Source of the DNA: Eledone cirrhosa
Taxonomy: Eukaryota
Direction: 5' to 3'
NCBI GenBank assembly: GCA_964016885.1
Contig: OZ024741.1
Span: forward strand, 386,322,001-386,386,000
Length of the DNA: 64,000 nucleotides
How positions within the stretch are numbered: the stretch's first letter is position 1; each line of letters opens with the position of its first letter. The translations under genes were made by a program, and so were the position numbers. Positions 24,502-39,180 of this stretch are shown here, piece after piece. Below the pieces are notes generated by a model that was not told where the DNA came from, did not search any database, and saw only the letters and a program-made list of their open reading frames with translations.

Positions 24502-25184
24502 TTAATTACAAACAATCATCATTATTCTTTTAACATCCACTTTCCAGCTAGCAAGGGTTGGATGGATCTACGTAGACCAAGTCAGGACTGAAGCGGGACT
24601 GCTGATCTCCTGGATGGGCCAGGGATCTCATTTCACTTATGTATGGTTTCACATTCTATTGAGTGCACAGGAGAGGTTTTTGACCACGAAAAACATGGGC
24701 GGAGGTGGTGAGAGCTGACCTCAGATTGCTGAAGCTCACAGAAGAGATGATGAGGGGCCGTGATGAATGGAAAGATGCTGTGTTGAAGAGGACCCGTCCC
24801 ACCCATGCAAGGAAGGAAAAGCGGCTGTAAAATGATGATGATGATGATGCTGATGAATATCCTCCCAAACCTTTGTTTGGCAAGCTTTCTGCGGCTGGAT
24901 GCCCTTCCTATCAGACAATATATAATGAAAAGTCTTGTTTAAAAATTAAGGAGAATTTCAGGCAGGTTGGTGACAAAAGAGTTAAATCACATAAGTGGGA
25001 GGACACAAAAGATAGTGTAGCTCTAAATATTGGCTAAAATGTCTTTGATCTCATAACTGCTTGATCAGAGTGGACTTGGCATTAAACATTGACAACCTCA
25101 GCCTGAATGGTGTTTACATTATCTAAAACATGTTACAATGAATATTCTAGATATAAAATGATATTAATTTCTATCCCATTGTAG

Positions 25185-25344
25185 GTACCTTGAAGAGTTA
25201 AGTGTAGATGGTAACCAACTCACTACATTACCATCTGGAATATTGGATCTAAACTTACAATCTTTTAGTGCTGACAATAATTATTTGCATCAAATTTTCT
25301 GGCCAGAGACATTCAAAATATTCAAAGAAGAAAATAAAAAACTT
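25185..25344 (+). CDS. LRRC63: Next exon of the LRRC63-like LRR gene
   Basis: tag acceptor ending 25184, gtaagt donor at 25345. Phase 2 start joins the previous exon (aa+g = Lys). Reads [53 protein letters not shown]. The last-LRR + NN.HxxFW pattern resembles LRRC63 as I recall it. Confidence 0.8.
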
Positions 25345-28300
25345 GTAAGTTTCATTATCATTATTGGGGATCTTAAATCTGTGGGATTCTTTAATTAACC
25401 CTGGATGGTGCACCATTGAGGAATTCGGTTATTACGTCCCTTTACAGTCTGAGTTCAAATCCTGCCGAGGTTAACTTTGCCTTTCATCTTTACGGGGTCG
25501 ATAAAATAAAGTACCAGTAATGCACTGGGTAATTGCTGGCCTTGTGCCAAAAGTAGAAACAATTATTACTTTATTTGTTTTCCTGTTTACTTGTTTCATT
25601 TAAATCCCCACTGTCCTTGATTGTTTGCATTGGCCTTAATGTTTTGGCTCCCAGTTCTGAGTTCAAATCCCACTGCAGTTAGCCTTGCCTTTCATCCTTA
25701 TGGGGTGGATAAAATAAAGTACCAGTAACATACTGTGGTCGATTTAATTGACTTTCCCCTCTCCCCAATTTGTTGGTTTGTGCCTAAATCAGAAACCATT
25801 ATTCTTTGCGTGCCCATGCAATAGCAAGCAGACACAGGCACCTTCTCAAACCCTCCTCCCTCCCCTGATTCAGTGGAACAGCCAGGATGTGATAGCTGAA
25901 TGATTGATGTGTTCTTCCATAACTGGTCTAAGTATCTAAAATATGCATGAATGGAATCATTATAATAACCAATTCGCTTTGTGTATTTCTAATCTATTAT
26001 TTATTTGTGGCTTTTTCTTGTTGGTGATAATGGCCTCTTTGATTCTTAAATTTCCCACACTTATTTCCATCGCCTCTATGGTGACCTCAATGTCTCAGCT
26101 GTTGCATCAGTCAAGATGTTTTTGACAGCAGAAGCTTTCATTGTCATTAACTATACTACTTTATTATTTTCATTACTTACTCAGGAGATAGAGCAAGAGT
26201 CTTAACTTTCTTCAGATCCTCCTAGCCTGGTGGAAAGAAGGGAGGAAGGTATCCTCAAGTTGGAGACCTGGTTGTAATGCTTCTTACTCAGACTTTCTAT
26301 GTGTTATCATTTAGCATTTACAATACTCTGATTCCATTGGGGAAATGTAGGAAAGGAACTGGCATAAATTCCATAAAATGTACGCAATGCAGATCTTGGG
26401 CACACAAGAGATGTAGTGGGATAGCATTGCTCTCAATATTTCTTGTTAAGGCAGTTCCATACTGATTTTCTTGTTTTTGTACTCTGTTAGTCTATTTTCT
26501 TCACACAGTGTACATTCTTGCAACCAATTAACTTTCTTCCTTCTTTCTTACATGGTATATAAAGACTTCTATGCATCTATCATCACTTTTCGAGTGTAAT
26601 GCTCCAAGTATGTCATTATTTTTCAAGTTATATCACTTTGGTGTAATTCCCCTATACCTCTAAGCAATAATGGCTAGAGTCTTATTTTTACCATTTAGCT
26701 TAGATGGAGGCAGTAATTTCAGAGCTTCTGAAAGTATTTCTTTGTAAATATTTTCTCTATTATAGTTTTCTTTATCTGATCTAACTCTATAATTCCTAAG
26801 TATTTATAACCTTCTTCAATGCCAAAAACCTTGCTTTACGACTTCGTTATCTGATGATTTACCCCATCACTTTCCATTATTTCACCTCTATTCATTATCA
26901 AGATGCCACACTTTTAATCTATCTCAATATCTTCATTAAAACCAATGCAATGTTTGCACTAAGGAGTCTATTTGATCTCTGTTCTTTGCAAAACAGCTTC
27001 CAGCAATCCATAAATAGATGATTGATTTTTATGCTGCTTTGCCTTTCATCATATACCCATCCCTTACTATTGGTTGTTAGTAAACTTAATGCTATCATGC
27101 ATATAAAAAAAAAGTTTTAAAAAAGGGGTCATGCTATCACTCAGGAAAAATTCCTCATATTGATCTTAATACTTCCTAAATCTTTACCAGAAGAAAAAAA
27201 AAATAGTTTTCATTTCTGCACTGACTCATATTATTTACAAGCAGTTTTTGTTATATTTTCTGCTTACTATTATCATTCAGCTTGATGCAGTCTACTATCA
27301 GAAACTGAAGAATTCACCATATCATTATATGCTTTTATGTATATATATATATAAAATGAAAGTGATTATATATATATATATTGTTATCATTTTTATGATT
27401 TTCTATATTTGGTTATTTATGTTCATATGCGGTACTGGACTTACCTATAAGCTAAATAAGCAATGCAATAGCTTAGAGTGCTTAGGGGACCCCATGTAAA
27501 AAAAATAAGTTTTTAATTTATCCTTAGTTTTTATTCTTTAACACTAAATCATCAAAAATTATATATATATATATATATATATAAATATATGTTTTATGTA
27601 TTTCCATAGAAAAGGTAAAGGAAAGATATTATTTATTCTTTATCATGGACATTAATATAAAAAGATAATAATTATAGTAATAATTGTTTCTACCTTTGGC
27701 ACAAGGCTAACAATTTTTTTGGGAGGGGCAAGTCAATTAAATCAACCTCAGTGCATGACTAGTACTTCATTTTTTCCACCCTGTAAGGATGGAAGTCAAA
27801 ACTAACCTCAGTAGGATTTGAACTCAGAACGTAAAGGGCAATAACTCTATGCCATAAAGATGTCTGACACTCTACCAATACTGCCAATCCACAGTAATAC
27901 TGACAACAATTGTAAAATACTTTGACAACTGTATGGTCCATTAGGTTTTAAAGACTTTCTTCGAAAAAGAAGCAAATTGATTGAAACATGAAGGAAACAT
28001 GAAGGAAACATGAAGGAAACATGAACGGTATAATTATATACATGTTTTTAAAACTTCAATGAACTTCTGAACTTTAGGATATAAAAAAATTTCATCTTCT
28101 GCCAAACTGCATCAATGCAACGTGACAACAAACACACACAGACACACAGACTCTCTCTCTCTCTCTCTCACACACACATATACTTATGCAGCATGCTTAT
28201 ACATTGTTTTCATTGACCAGTTTCCATCACAAGACATTGGCTACCCTACAGCTATAGTATTAGGCACCTGCTCAAGGTACCATGTAGTAAAATCAAAACT

Positions 28301-29439
28301 GAAACAACTTGGTTATAAAGCAAACCTCTTAACAGCATGGCCATGTTTGCACCTATATCATCATCATTCAATGACTTTTATTCCTGCTACCAAAGGTTAG
28401 ACATGTCACAGGCTGGCTAGTACTCAAGCAGAGAGAGCCTCTGACCTCAAGGTGGGCCGGGGCCCAATATACGATCCTGCACTCTACCATGTGCATTTTA
28501 TCATGGCACCAACACTAGAGAAGTTGTCATGTCCTTGGCATAGCTGAAGAGTCTTACCAATCCTTAGTTTGGCAGGTTTTCTATGGCAGGATGCCCTTCC
28601 TATCATGAACCAATTTTACAGATGTGTACTGGGCATTCATTTACCATGTGGATCACCAAAATTAGAAATATATATGGTATGGTATGTTCCCGTAACTGGA
28701 GTCGTAACTGCAGTCATAGGGGTGCCATAGTGGCACATGGTATTTCTTGGATATGTAAAGCCTGGTGGAGTCCATCCCCTCTTCAGGTATAAACACTGTA
28801 GATTTCTTCCAGAGAATACTTTTTTATCAACTTTGAAAGGATGAAAGGTAAAGTTGACTTCAAGAAATATATATCTTAGCAGATTATACCTGGTCTTGGC
28901 CCTAGTTGAGAAGTAGCTATAAATGTACCAGAAATATTTTTAATTAATGCATATTCATTCATGTAAAAGATGATCTTTTTCCAGATATATTCATAGCAGC
29001 AGGATTTGAACTGTTTATCAGAAATTTGGGTTGATTAAGTTAATCAACCCCAGTACTTAGCTGGTACTATATTTTATTAATCATCAAAAGGATGAATGGC
29101 AAAGCTAGTCTCAGTGGGATTGAACTCAGAGTATAGAGAGCCAGAACAAATAACTTGTTTCTTATGATAGGTACAGATACTTAGAGTCTCAGTTTAAATG
29201 ATGTCTTCCTGTATTTACTTCTTATATCCATTCCTTTATGGTTTGAGATTAAATCATACCAGGGTTGTCTTTACCTTTTCTCAAGGTAAATAGAATTGGT
29301 ATGGTTCATCTACTGTAGTTGGTTCAAGCAACCTTATTCCTTGTGTTCTTGTGCTAATGATGCAGGTTACATACTTGAAACAACAAAGAAATGACATTAA
29401 GAATTGGGATGAAACCTAGCTTTATGATGTTAGATCTGT

Positions 29440-29890
29440 AATCATCATAGCCATTTAGCCATGCTTACATGGATTAGACAAGTCTTCTTCACTAGAAAAT
29501 CTCTCCACTTGTCTCTTTTCTGTGTCATCTACCTCGTGAAGTTTAGCTATCTTGACATTAGCTTTCGTTATCTCTGGCCAGGTTTTTCTTGATATTTTAC
29601 TTTCACAGTTTCCTTCCAGTTGGAAGTCCTGACACTTCTTCACCTAACAATTATCCATGTGCATTACATGTCCATACCAATGCAATCTTCTCTTTGCCCA
29701 CCACATATGTATGATTCCTCTTATACTCAGTTTTTCTCTCTACACATCTGTACTTTATCATTCATGTACTCTAACATTACACATCTAGCTGACCATACCC
29801 GATTAATTTCTTCAGCTGTCACATATTCTCTACATGTTCCTATCCAGCAGCATTGCACTACATATGCAGGCATCATACAATCTACCTTGA
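29440..29890 (-). mobile_element. Old, degenerate RTE 3' fragment
   Basis: Minus strand LHWYGHVM-like segment and KKCQDFQLEGNC..RKTW, ending in a ccatgtaagcatgg-type tail. Confidence 0.65.
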
Positions 29891-30166
29891 TAACAACATA
29901 TAAAATATGATATAATATAATATGACATAATATAATTGTTTCTACTTTAGGCACAAGGCCAGCAAGTACATTACTGGTACTTTATTTTATCGACCCCGTA
30001 AGGGTGAAAGGCAAAGTTAACCTAGGCGGCATTTGAACTCAGACTGTAAAGGGACGTAACTATGCTAGAAAGCATGGCGTCCAACCCTCTACCGATACTG
30101 CCAATTCACCGCCCTACTAACATAACATAATATATATATATATATAATAAACAATACAATATAATT

Positions 30167-30236
30167 ACCTCATTACCAGAGGTTTCCCGAATAAGACGAA
30201 TACAAAAAACGGCCTCATCCGTTCATCGGACAAGGC
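30167..30236 (-). ncRNA. Type I hammerhead-like motif with one core substitution
   Basis: gccttgt CCGATGA a cggatgaggc..gtcttattcg g GAAA cc tct gg TA atgaggt. Stems I, II and III all pair; CUGAUGA is changed to CCGAUGA. Confidence 0.55.
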
Positions 30237-31660
30237 AATTTAAAACAGTGAAATATTTGAAAAATCTCCTCAAGAAAGGCAAAAGTTTAACGGGCAAAAA
30301 AAATTATAAATAAAAGTAATGCAAGAGATATATAAAACAATAAGGAAATATAGTTAGGGTATGTGTATAAATGTGTGTATATTCACTCACATATGTGTGT
30401 ATGTACAAATGCATGTGTATAGTGAAAATGTGTGCGTAAGTACATATATGAGGGCAAGCATATCAGTGTATGACCACAAATACGTATATAATATAAGTTG
30501 AAAAAGAAATAGTAAGATAATATAGTTAACATACATCCAGATTCAGGTATTAAATATATACACATACAAGTATGAAAGCACGCGTATAAACACACACACA
30601 CACGCGATCACATATATGAGAATGATATACAGGGAAGGGAGTGTATCAGTCAAAGGAGTGTCAGTCTGAGGCTCGATACATGTATAAAAATGAAACAATA
30701 TATGAGAATGAAAAAACTTTTTAAATCAAAGAGAATGTAAGATGGAGGGGTTATCAATTATAAATTAACACTAGAAAAAAAGAAAACAAACATAGGTTCG
30801 TACGTACACACACACATATATATATATATAAATATATATATATATAAATACGTACAGACAAAAGCACATACATGCGTACATACTTACAGAGGCGCGCATA
30901 CATACACACGAAGCACATATATATATATCAGCACATGTATATCTAATCACACGTACGTACGCGACTATATATATATATATATATATACATATATACACAT
31001 ACATACACATACATATATATATATACATACATATACACATACATTCACCCATACAGAAACACACGTATATATAAGTATGTAAAAAACATAGATATAAAAA
31101 TACACATACACACACATATATATACACACACATATACACATATATATATACACACATACACACACATGCACACTCACACGCATAGATATAAATTATAAAC
31201 CAGCCGTATGAATAAATGGGTACAAATATATATATATATATATATATATTAGAAAGATCGAGTATCGAAAAATCGGCGCACGAGTTCACGATAAACAATA
31301 TTCGAAATGAGCGGCAGAGGGCTCAATAATTCAGATGAATCAGAGCTATAACTATCGTTAAAATACCGTCACACATAGAACAAGTCTACAATCAACCATA
31401 CGATAAAAAATCGATAATAGAAGATTCGGGACAAACAGATAAAAAATATCAATAAAACAATACATCAATAATTTAAATGAATGTAATATATATATATATA
31501 TATAAATATATAAACATATATAAATATATAAAAACCCATGCTAGCGTGGAAAATGGACGTTAAACGAAGATGATGATATATATATATATATATATATAAA
31601 ATATATATATATAAGAAAATGATTTTTTAAAAAACCAAAAGAAAAATACACGGGTAAAAG

Positions 31661-31943
31661 TATAAGGAATAGAAATTGAAAATGCAACTGGAGTTTTTTA
31701 AGAATATTTATTTATTTTCTTTACCGGTTTCACAGTTCTTATGTTTTTCAAAAGTAAAATTGAGATGGAGGGTTAGTGTTTCTGTTGTGATTTGTCTCGC
31801 ATCTGTGAATATATGACAAACCACAACAGAAACACTAACCCTCCATCTCAATTTTACTTTTGAAAAACATAAGAACTGTGAAACCGGTAAAGTAAATAAA
31901 TAAATATTCTTAAAAGACTCCAGTTGCATTTTCAATTTCTTTT

Positions 31944-31950
<7 letters not shown>
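31661..31950. repeat. Foldback element with ~135 bp arms next to (TA)n
   Basis: Near-perfect inverted repeat around a short loop near 31797-31813. Same family as 10452-10678. Confidence 0.9.
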
Positions 31951-31975
<25 letters not shown>

Positions 31976-31978
<3 letters not shown>

Positions 31979-33720
31979 GCTACTAAATGAGGAGAATAAA
32001 TGGGAGAAAGACAGTCTCCCCCACATCGATCCAATAGAGGGATCAGCAGTGCAAGTTGAAGGTAGTATAATAAGTAAGGCAATCAAAGATATGAAGACGG
32101 GCAAGGCGGCTGGGCCTTCGGAAATAGTTGCTGAAATACTGAAAGCATCTGGAATGGTGGGACACACTATGGTCACCTGGATAGTAAACCAAGTCATACA
32201 GAATGGGGTCGTACCGAAGGACTGGCGTAGCATCATCATCATTAACTGCTACAAGGGTAAAGGAGATGCCCTAGATAGGGGAAACTAGAGGCATTAAATT
32301 AATTGACCAGGTCATGAAGGTCACAGAAAAAGTAATAGCGTAACTAATCAGAGAGCGAATTGATCTAGATGAAATGCAGTTCGGGTTTGTGTCAGGTAAA
32401 AGTACCACACACGCTCTTTTGCTTGTACGACAACTACAGGAGAAGTACCTAACTAAAAGTAGCCCTATACTTAGTTTTCGTTGACTTGGAGAAAGCCTTC
32501 GACAGAGTCCCCCGCTCCATTATCTGGTGGTCTCTTAGAAAACTAGGTGTTGACGAATGGCTTGTGAGAGCTATAAAGAAACAGTCAGCAAGGTTAGAAT
32601 TAACTACGAATATAGTGAAGAGTTTAGCGTAAAAGTTGGTGTTCATCAGGGCTCCGTCCTTAGCCCCCTCCTATTTATTATCGCCTTCCAGGCTATAACA
32701 GAGGAGTTTAAGACCGGCTGTCCATGGGAACTTCTATACGTAGATGATCTAACGCTCATAGACGAATCAATGGCTGAACTAGAGAAGAAATTCCAAACAT
32801 GGAAGCATGGCTTAGAATCAAAAGGCCTTAAAATTAACTTGTCTAAGACTAAAGTTCTAATATGTAGGAAGGAAAATAGGGCACTGGTCCCATCTGGGAA
32901 ATGGCCATGCTCAGTGTGTAGGAAAGGAGTAGGCAGAAAACTTCATTTTATGTCTTAAATGCAAAGTATGGGTGCATAGAAGATGTAGTGGGATCACAGG
33001 TAAGCTAACTAAGAATATAGATTTTATATGTGGCCGGTGCTCAGGTGCAATAAGTAGCAGCAAATACCCACAAGATACTAGCTCATTCCATTGCTCGGAT
33101 GGTTCTATAGAAATAGTGGACAACTTTCGTTACCTGGGTGACAAAATCAGCAGTGGTGGAGGGTGCTCCGAAAGTACAGTAGCTAGAGTCAGAACGGGAT
33201 AGAAAAAGTTCAGAGAGCTTATACCACTATTGGCCGCTAAAGGTTTCTCTCTAAAAATGAAAGGCAGGCTGTATGATGCCTGCATACGAACAGCAATGTT
33301 GCATGGCAGTGAGACCTGGGCATTGTGTGCAGAGGATCTATGCAGACTGGAGAGGAACGATGCTTGCATGCTCCATTGGATGTGTAATAGTAATATACGC
33401 GAACGGCAAAGCATAAATGAACTAAGTGAGAAATTAGGAATAAGAGGGTAAGATGCTGTTTACTCGAGAGAAGACTACGTTGGTACGGTCACGTGATGCG
33501 CATGAAAGACGACAGCTGTATAAAAAAGTGCAGGGCGATCAAAATAGACAGTAGCTACGGAGTAGGTAGACCCAGAAAAACCTGGGACGACTCACACACT
33601 TACACCTCTCCAAGACAATGTCACTGGACCAAGATCTTTGGCGCTACACAGTAATACAGAAGGCACGCCTTGCCTAAGTACAAAGCGAAACCTACAGTCA
33701 GTAGGCACCTCTTAACCAAA
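31976..33720 (+). mobile_element. 5'-truncated RTE LINE (RT + PHD finger), pseudogenised
   Basis: MKTGKAAGPSEI, FVDLEKAFDRVP, GVHQGSVLSPLLF, LLYVDDL, PHD cysteines, HGSETW. Several stops and frameshifts. Closely similar to 6920-7780. Confidence 0.92.
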
Positions 33721-33776
33721 ATACACCCCCGTCCCACTACCCCTACCTCCACGCACACACACACACGCACACACAC

Positions 33777-33841
<65 letters not shown>

Positions 33842-33842
33842 C

Positions 33843-34012
33843 ATATACTAAGTTAAGGTATCATATATATAATATGCATGATGATTATATTTCTCAGCAG
33901 AAAAGCTCAATGGACGTTTGTCCAGAGCATCAATAATTCAAATTAAAAGATATATGTATATATAAATATCATACATATACAGTATATGTTATTATACCTT
34001 AACTTAGTATAT
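33843..34012. repeat. Small element with terminal inverted repeats (MITE-like)
   Basis: tatactaagttaaggtat ... ataccttaacttagtata. Confidence 0.5.
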
Positions 34013-34471
34013 ATCTGCTCAAAATTCTTAATTTGTTGAGCTGGTTATACTTCTTTCTAGCAGATACGACGTCCGGTCCTATTTTTATCTGCAGTCATAG
34101 TTAAAACATTCTTCACATCATGCACTCAATAGTTTTGGCTGACCCTCTGATCCCTACAAACAAAGGTGTTTTGTATTTTACTGGAATTTATCCAAAGACG
34201 ATTCCTCTGATGATTAGTTTCGCGTCTTCCGTAGCTTTACCAAAATCGATAGTTGGTAATCGATAATCGATTGCTTAGATCGATTTTTGCTTTGGTTTAC
34301 GAACAATGAAACAGTAACCGTAAGAAAAATAAGAACTTTTCCACCTTAAAGTATTTACTATTTCCTAAATGTTATATGCATTATATATATGTACAACATA
34401 CTATGAGTTTCTTTAACGATGTATGGCTCTTTCTCTCTCTACATATATACATATATCTTTTAATCTGAATT

Positions 34472-34527
<56 letters not shown>

Positions 34528-34836
34528 GCCTATGTTATAGTCTCTGTTCAGCACACCATATTTTTTCATGTCATATTTTGTTTTAATGCTGATAGATTGC
34601 ACGTGACCAAAATAACGAAGCAAAAATTCATCCAAGTGATAGTACTGATGTTCCATTAGTTGAGTAAGTGCTTTATATATTCATTATCATCATCATCATC
34701 ATCGTTTAATGTTCATTTTCCACGCTTCCCTGGGTTACATTATGAGACAAATCAGGTTAAAGACTGCATCTTGCTCATACAAACCTTTATTTTGGCTTAA
34801 TTTTTTTGATTGGATGTCCTTTCTAACATTACTATA

Positions 34837-34913
<77 letters not shown>

Positions 34914-35414
34914 ATATATATGTATGTATATATATACCTCCGTGCATGAGCACAGCACTCTTTATACTAACTTTATCCTCTCAGCGTTTCGTAAAAGTCT
35001 GAGAGATTGGCTATATATATGTTTGTTTACATTTAAAAGCTGCCATTCAGCTACATAATGTAGACGGTAAGAGTTGTCATTGTCCATTGGCGTAATGGTT
35101 TAAAGCACATCCGTATCGTGGAGATACAGGGTTCAAATTCCTCATAACGACTGATGGCAACTACTTTTTCCGTCTTGTAAGGGTCGTTGCCCTATTTCAT
35201 AACATCTTCACGCATATTATCTCTCTCATCCCCCCCTCTCTCTATATATATATATTTATTAAAATAACAGATTGGCTAGCCAATTAGCTGACATAAGCTG
35301 ACATGCACTCAGAAATTGCTAGCTAAGCCATAAACAACCTTTGCATATGAAGCTGAATGAGTTGGCTCAACTTAAAAGTAGAATTAAATTTAGCTTCGGG
35401 ACAGCTGTATACAT

Positions 35415-38170
35415 ATATGTATCGGGGAAGAGATTTTTCAATTCGGAGAACTATCGGCTCTACCTGGAGTGACTTTCTGATTTCCGAGTTACGTACTTTA
35501 TCGAGTAATGTAACTCCAAAGATCCTGCGGTGGAATCCCATTTCGGCCGCTTGTATTCGCGATTGTATTCTTTCGGTCATGACTATAGGTAAAGCTTGGG
35601 ACAAATACCGAATTGAAGATAGCGAATTTGGCTTTTACGCCTACCTCCCTTCTCATTACTGAATACTGAAGCTGGTGGATTACTGCACCAGCTCATGCAA
35701 TTCTTGCATTTAATTTACTCTCCTTCCTTCTATCACTCGTGAACACGGCCCCGAGATACTTGAACCTCTCTACTTGCTTCAGTAGAACTCCATTCACATG
35801 TAGAGTGCACTGCACAGACTTCCTTGAGAGGACGAGTGTCTCAGTTTTCGTAACACTGATTTTCATTCCAACCATGCAGCACTCAGCATCAAACCTATCA
35901 AGTACAAGTCGGAGATCACCTTTTGTCGAGTTAAGTAACACCATGTCGCCTGCAAATTCCAGCCGAGTAATTTTACACCCACCAGTCATGATACCACTTC
36001 CAATCCGGCTGCGCATGTCGATCCTGTTCATGTAAATAATTGTTTCTACTTTTGGCACAAGGCCAGCAATTAATGAACAGGAGAGGTTACATTATTCACC
36101 CTTAGCGGAGTCCGACTCCCGCATTGAATCGTTTGGATTTAGTACCATTTATCCGAACACAAATACACAGGCATTCGTCTAGAGACATCAGGGCAGCAAG
36201 AAGCTGACCATCAATCCCATACTCCTGCAGAACCTTCGACAAATGGTCCTGAGGAATGCAATCGTATGCCTTTTTGAAGTCTACGAAGCAAGCATACACA
36301 TCTTGGAAATATTCCCATGATTTCTCGAGGACCTGCCAGTGTGAATATTTGGTCGGCTGTGCTCTATTCAGGGTGAAAACCACACTGTTCATCAGCTAGC
36401 TTGGACTTGACAATCTCCTTGCATCTTTTTGCAGACAATTAGCATAGACTTTCCCAGCGACGACTAACAAGGAGATCCCTCTGTAATTGGAACAATCTCT
36501 CTTGTTACTTTTTTTGAACACTGGGATAATCACTCCCGATTGCTATTGTTTAAGTGCCTTTCCAGAAATCCAGGCCACCCGGCACCCATGAGTCAGCCAA
36601 AGAATACCTTCTCTATTGAAGGCTTTTAACATCTCGGGTCAGATTTCACCTTCCCCAGTGGCCTTGCAACATTTGAGCTCATTAACTGCTCTTGTAACCT
36701 CAGTCTCTGAGAGATTAGTCACCACTCCCAGATGCACCTCGTGTACATCAGAAGATGCTTTTGTGATCGGGTTTAGGAGATCAGCAAATTATTCTCTCCA
36801 CATTGCGAGGATGCACCTCTCTGAAATGAAGAAATCCCCAGATGCGTTCTTGATAGCAGGTGTGGAGGAGGGCTTCTTATTACGAAGTCGGCGGATGGTC
36901 TGCCAGAACACTTTATTCCAGCTTAACCCCAAAGTCCTCCCATTACTTAACTTTGGACACTTTTACTGTCTCTGCCTGCTTGTACTGCAAGTGCAAGAAG
37001 GAGGACTTATTTCCAAGCCAAGCTTCGTAAGCCTCCTTCTTTGCTCGTCATCCGGCGCCACGCCAATCTTCGTTCACCCGCAGCATTTAAAAGCTGAAGC
37101 AGAAACTGTTGCGCTAAACAATCTCAACTCTGTCTCATCGTCCTCAGTTTTCTCAGGGAGTTCTCTGAATTTAGATGCAATAGTATCTGTATACCTGGTC
37201 CTGACTTTCTTGTCCACCATTGCTTTCCACTTTATCCTGTAGGTTCACCTGGGCCTGCCTGGTTTGTGGGCTTCCTTGGCTTTAGATAGTCTCGAGTTGC
37301 AGATAACTAGACGGTGATCAGTTGACAGCTCAGCTCTCTCTTAACACGAACATCCAGCGCAGAATCAGAGATCAGAGACAACAGCAAAATCAATTATTGA
37401 TCTCTGATTCCCTTTATACCATGTATATTTATGGATGTCTCTGTGATGGAAGAAAGTGTTTATAATAGAGTCCATTGCTAGAATAGAAGTCTAGTAAGGC
37501 CTTTTCACTCATGTTTAGATAGGGGTCGCCATTCCTTCCAATCACTGCTTTCTATGTCAGGTGGTCAGTGCCAACATATACATTGAAGTCTCCCATCAGG
37601 ATGACTCAGTCTCAACTACATCTAACGCTGCAGTGACTTCATCAAGGAAGGACCTGTATTCGGACTCCTTGTTTGGTGCATAAACTTGCACCACCCACAG
37701 AAACCCATCTTTCAGCCTAAGCTTCAAGAGGCAAACCCTTCCTCCTAATGGGATCCAACTCATAACACATTCTGACAGCCATGGTCTTGTGAGTATCCCC
37801 ACTCCTGCTTGTGCATTCATCTCTAGCACCACACCTGAATAGTGGAGTTTCCATCCTCCATCCAAATCTACAGTATCAGAGCCATGGAATTTTGTTGAGA
37901 ATCCCCGACTATACGAGCCTGTAGCGTCTAACCTCCTCCACTACTTCCTTTTCCTTAAGGGTTGTAATGTTCCAGGTTACAGCTGTCATGGTTTGCTCCT
38001 TTCCGGACCCCCTTTGTGGTCTCGGGATACGCAATCTTTGTGCGTCCATCCCACGCCTCCCAGGACAGGCCCCAGGCCTATCGCCTGATTTCGTGGCATG
38101 AAATGGAGACTGCAATATATTTTTCGAACAGGCTCATTTACCCAAGGCCTGAATTCGTCCCTTGTTAACG
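35415..38170 (-). mobile_element. RTE-clade LINE of Expander/Rex3 type (APE + RT), degenerate
   Basis: TWNITTL..EEVRRY, GWKLHYSG..AGVGIL, QVYAPN (APE); LEKSWEY..ACFVDFKKAYD, FAGDMVL, FKYLG, IQAAEMGFHRRI (RT and C-terminus). Contains a SINE tail stub at ~36035-36070. Confidence 0.9.
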
Positions 38171-39180
38171 CGTTCGAAGGACGATGCTGTTATGCTTCTT
38201 TGTTTTCCTCATTATATTGCAGTTTCTGTTATATATATAATTTTGAGTATATATATAGCTCACAGTATAAAATTACGAAGGAACTGTCAGGAACTTCAAG
38301 ACGAGAAAAACTCGTCAATACTCTACCAATATGCCAATCTAGTGTATGAGGATTACTTGAAAACATTGAAATAAAAATTATATCTACGCACCAAACAGAT
38401 GTAATGCTCAGACAGGTTAACGAAGCGACACATATCACTGAATGTAGGCCTAAACCCAATAGGATGGAATAACAATATACTCACTATCTGAGGACAACAC
38501 AAGAATCTAAAACGATACACAGATAGACACAATTCACCCCACCCATAAACTTATAATACAAAAAATAGAATAATACTTAATGGCAGTTGATACAGACAAG
38601 AGTGAAAGAATAAAAAGAAAAAAAGAGACATATATGCTTAACAACTTGGAGGACACAAAGGCACACATACACACACACACCAAACAGAATCTCGTAAATG
38701 TAGCACCACACTGACACATACACGCATCAACAAAAATGCACATGCATGTGCAGACCAGAGACACACATCAAAAAGACAAGGCGAAGTAGAAATAACAGGA
38801 TTAGAACAAATCGGTGACACATAGGATCAAGATTAGTCATTCAGAAGGTCACAGGATATGTGACGAAAGAGCTTTGACAATGACAATTAAACAACCTCCC
38901 AGTTATTAAACTAAAAATGAATAGGTTAGTTACTGAAATAATAATAAACTGAAATGAAACTCAACTGGCGTGTGTGCTTTTATTGGCAACATGGCCCTTT
39001 AAAGTATAATAATATATGTTTCAATAAACGATTTCACATCAAGTATCTTGCAAAGCAAATACATAAACGAATACACACACACACACTCATATATATATAT
39101 ATAACAAAGAAGGTGTGGTGAGATACCAAGTGGACCATAACGCACCAGAGTACTCGATACTTAGGGTAGTAGAGTGCGTA

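Noticed and set aside
26185-27340. Candidate next LRR-gene exons after AG sites (~26185, 26216, 26997, 27281)
   Set aside because: Early stops, wrong phase or no recognisable similarity.
30383-31298. Tyr/Ile/Cys/Val-rich ORFs
   Set aside because: Translations of (TA)/(CA) low-complexity sequence.
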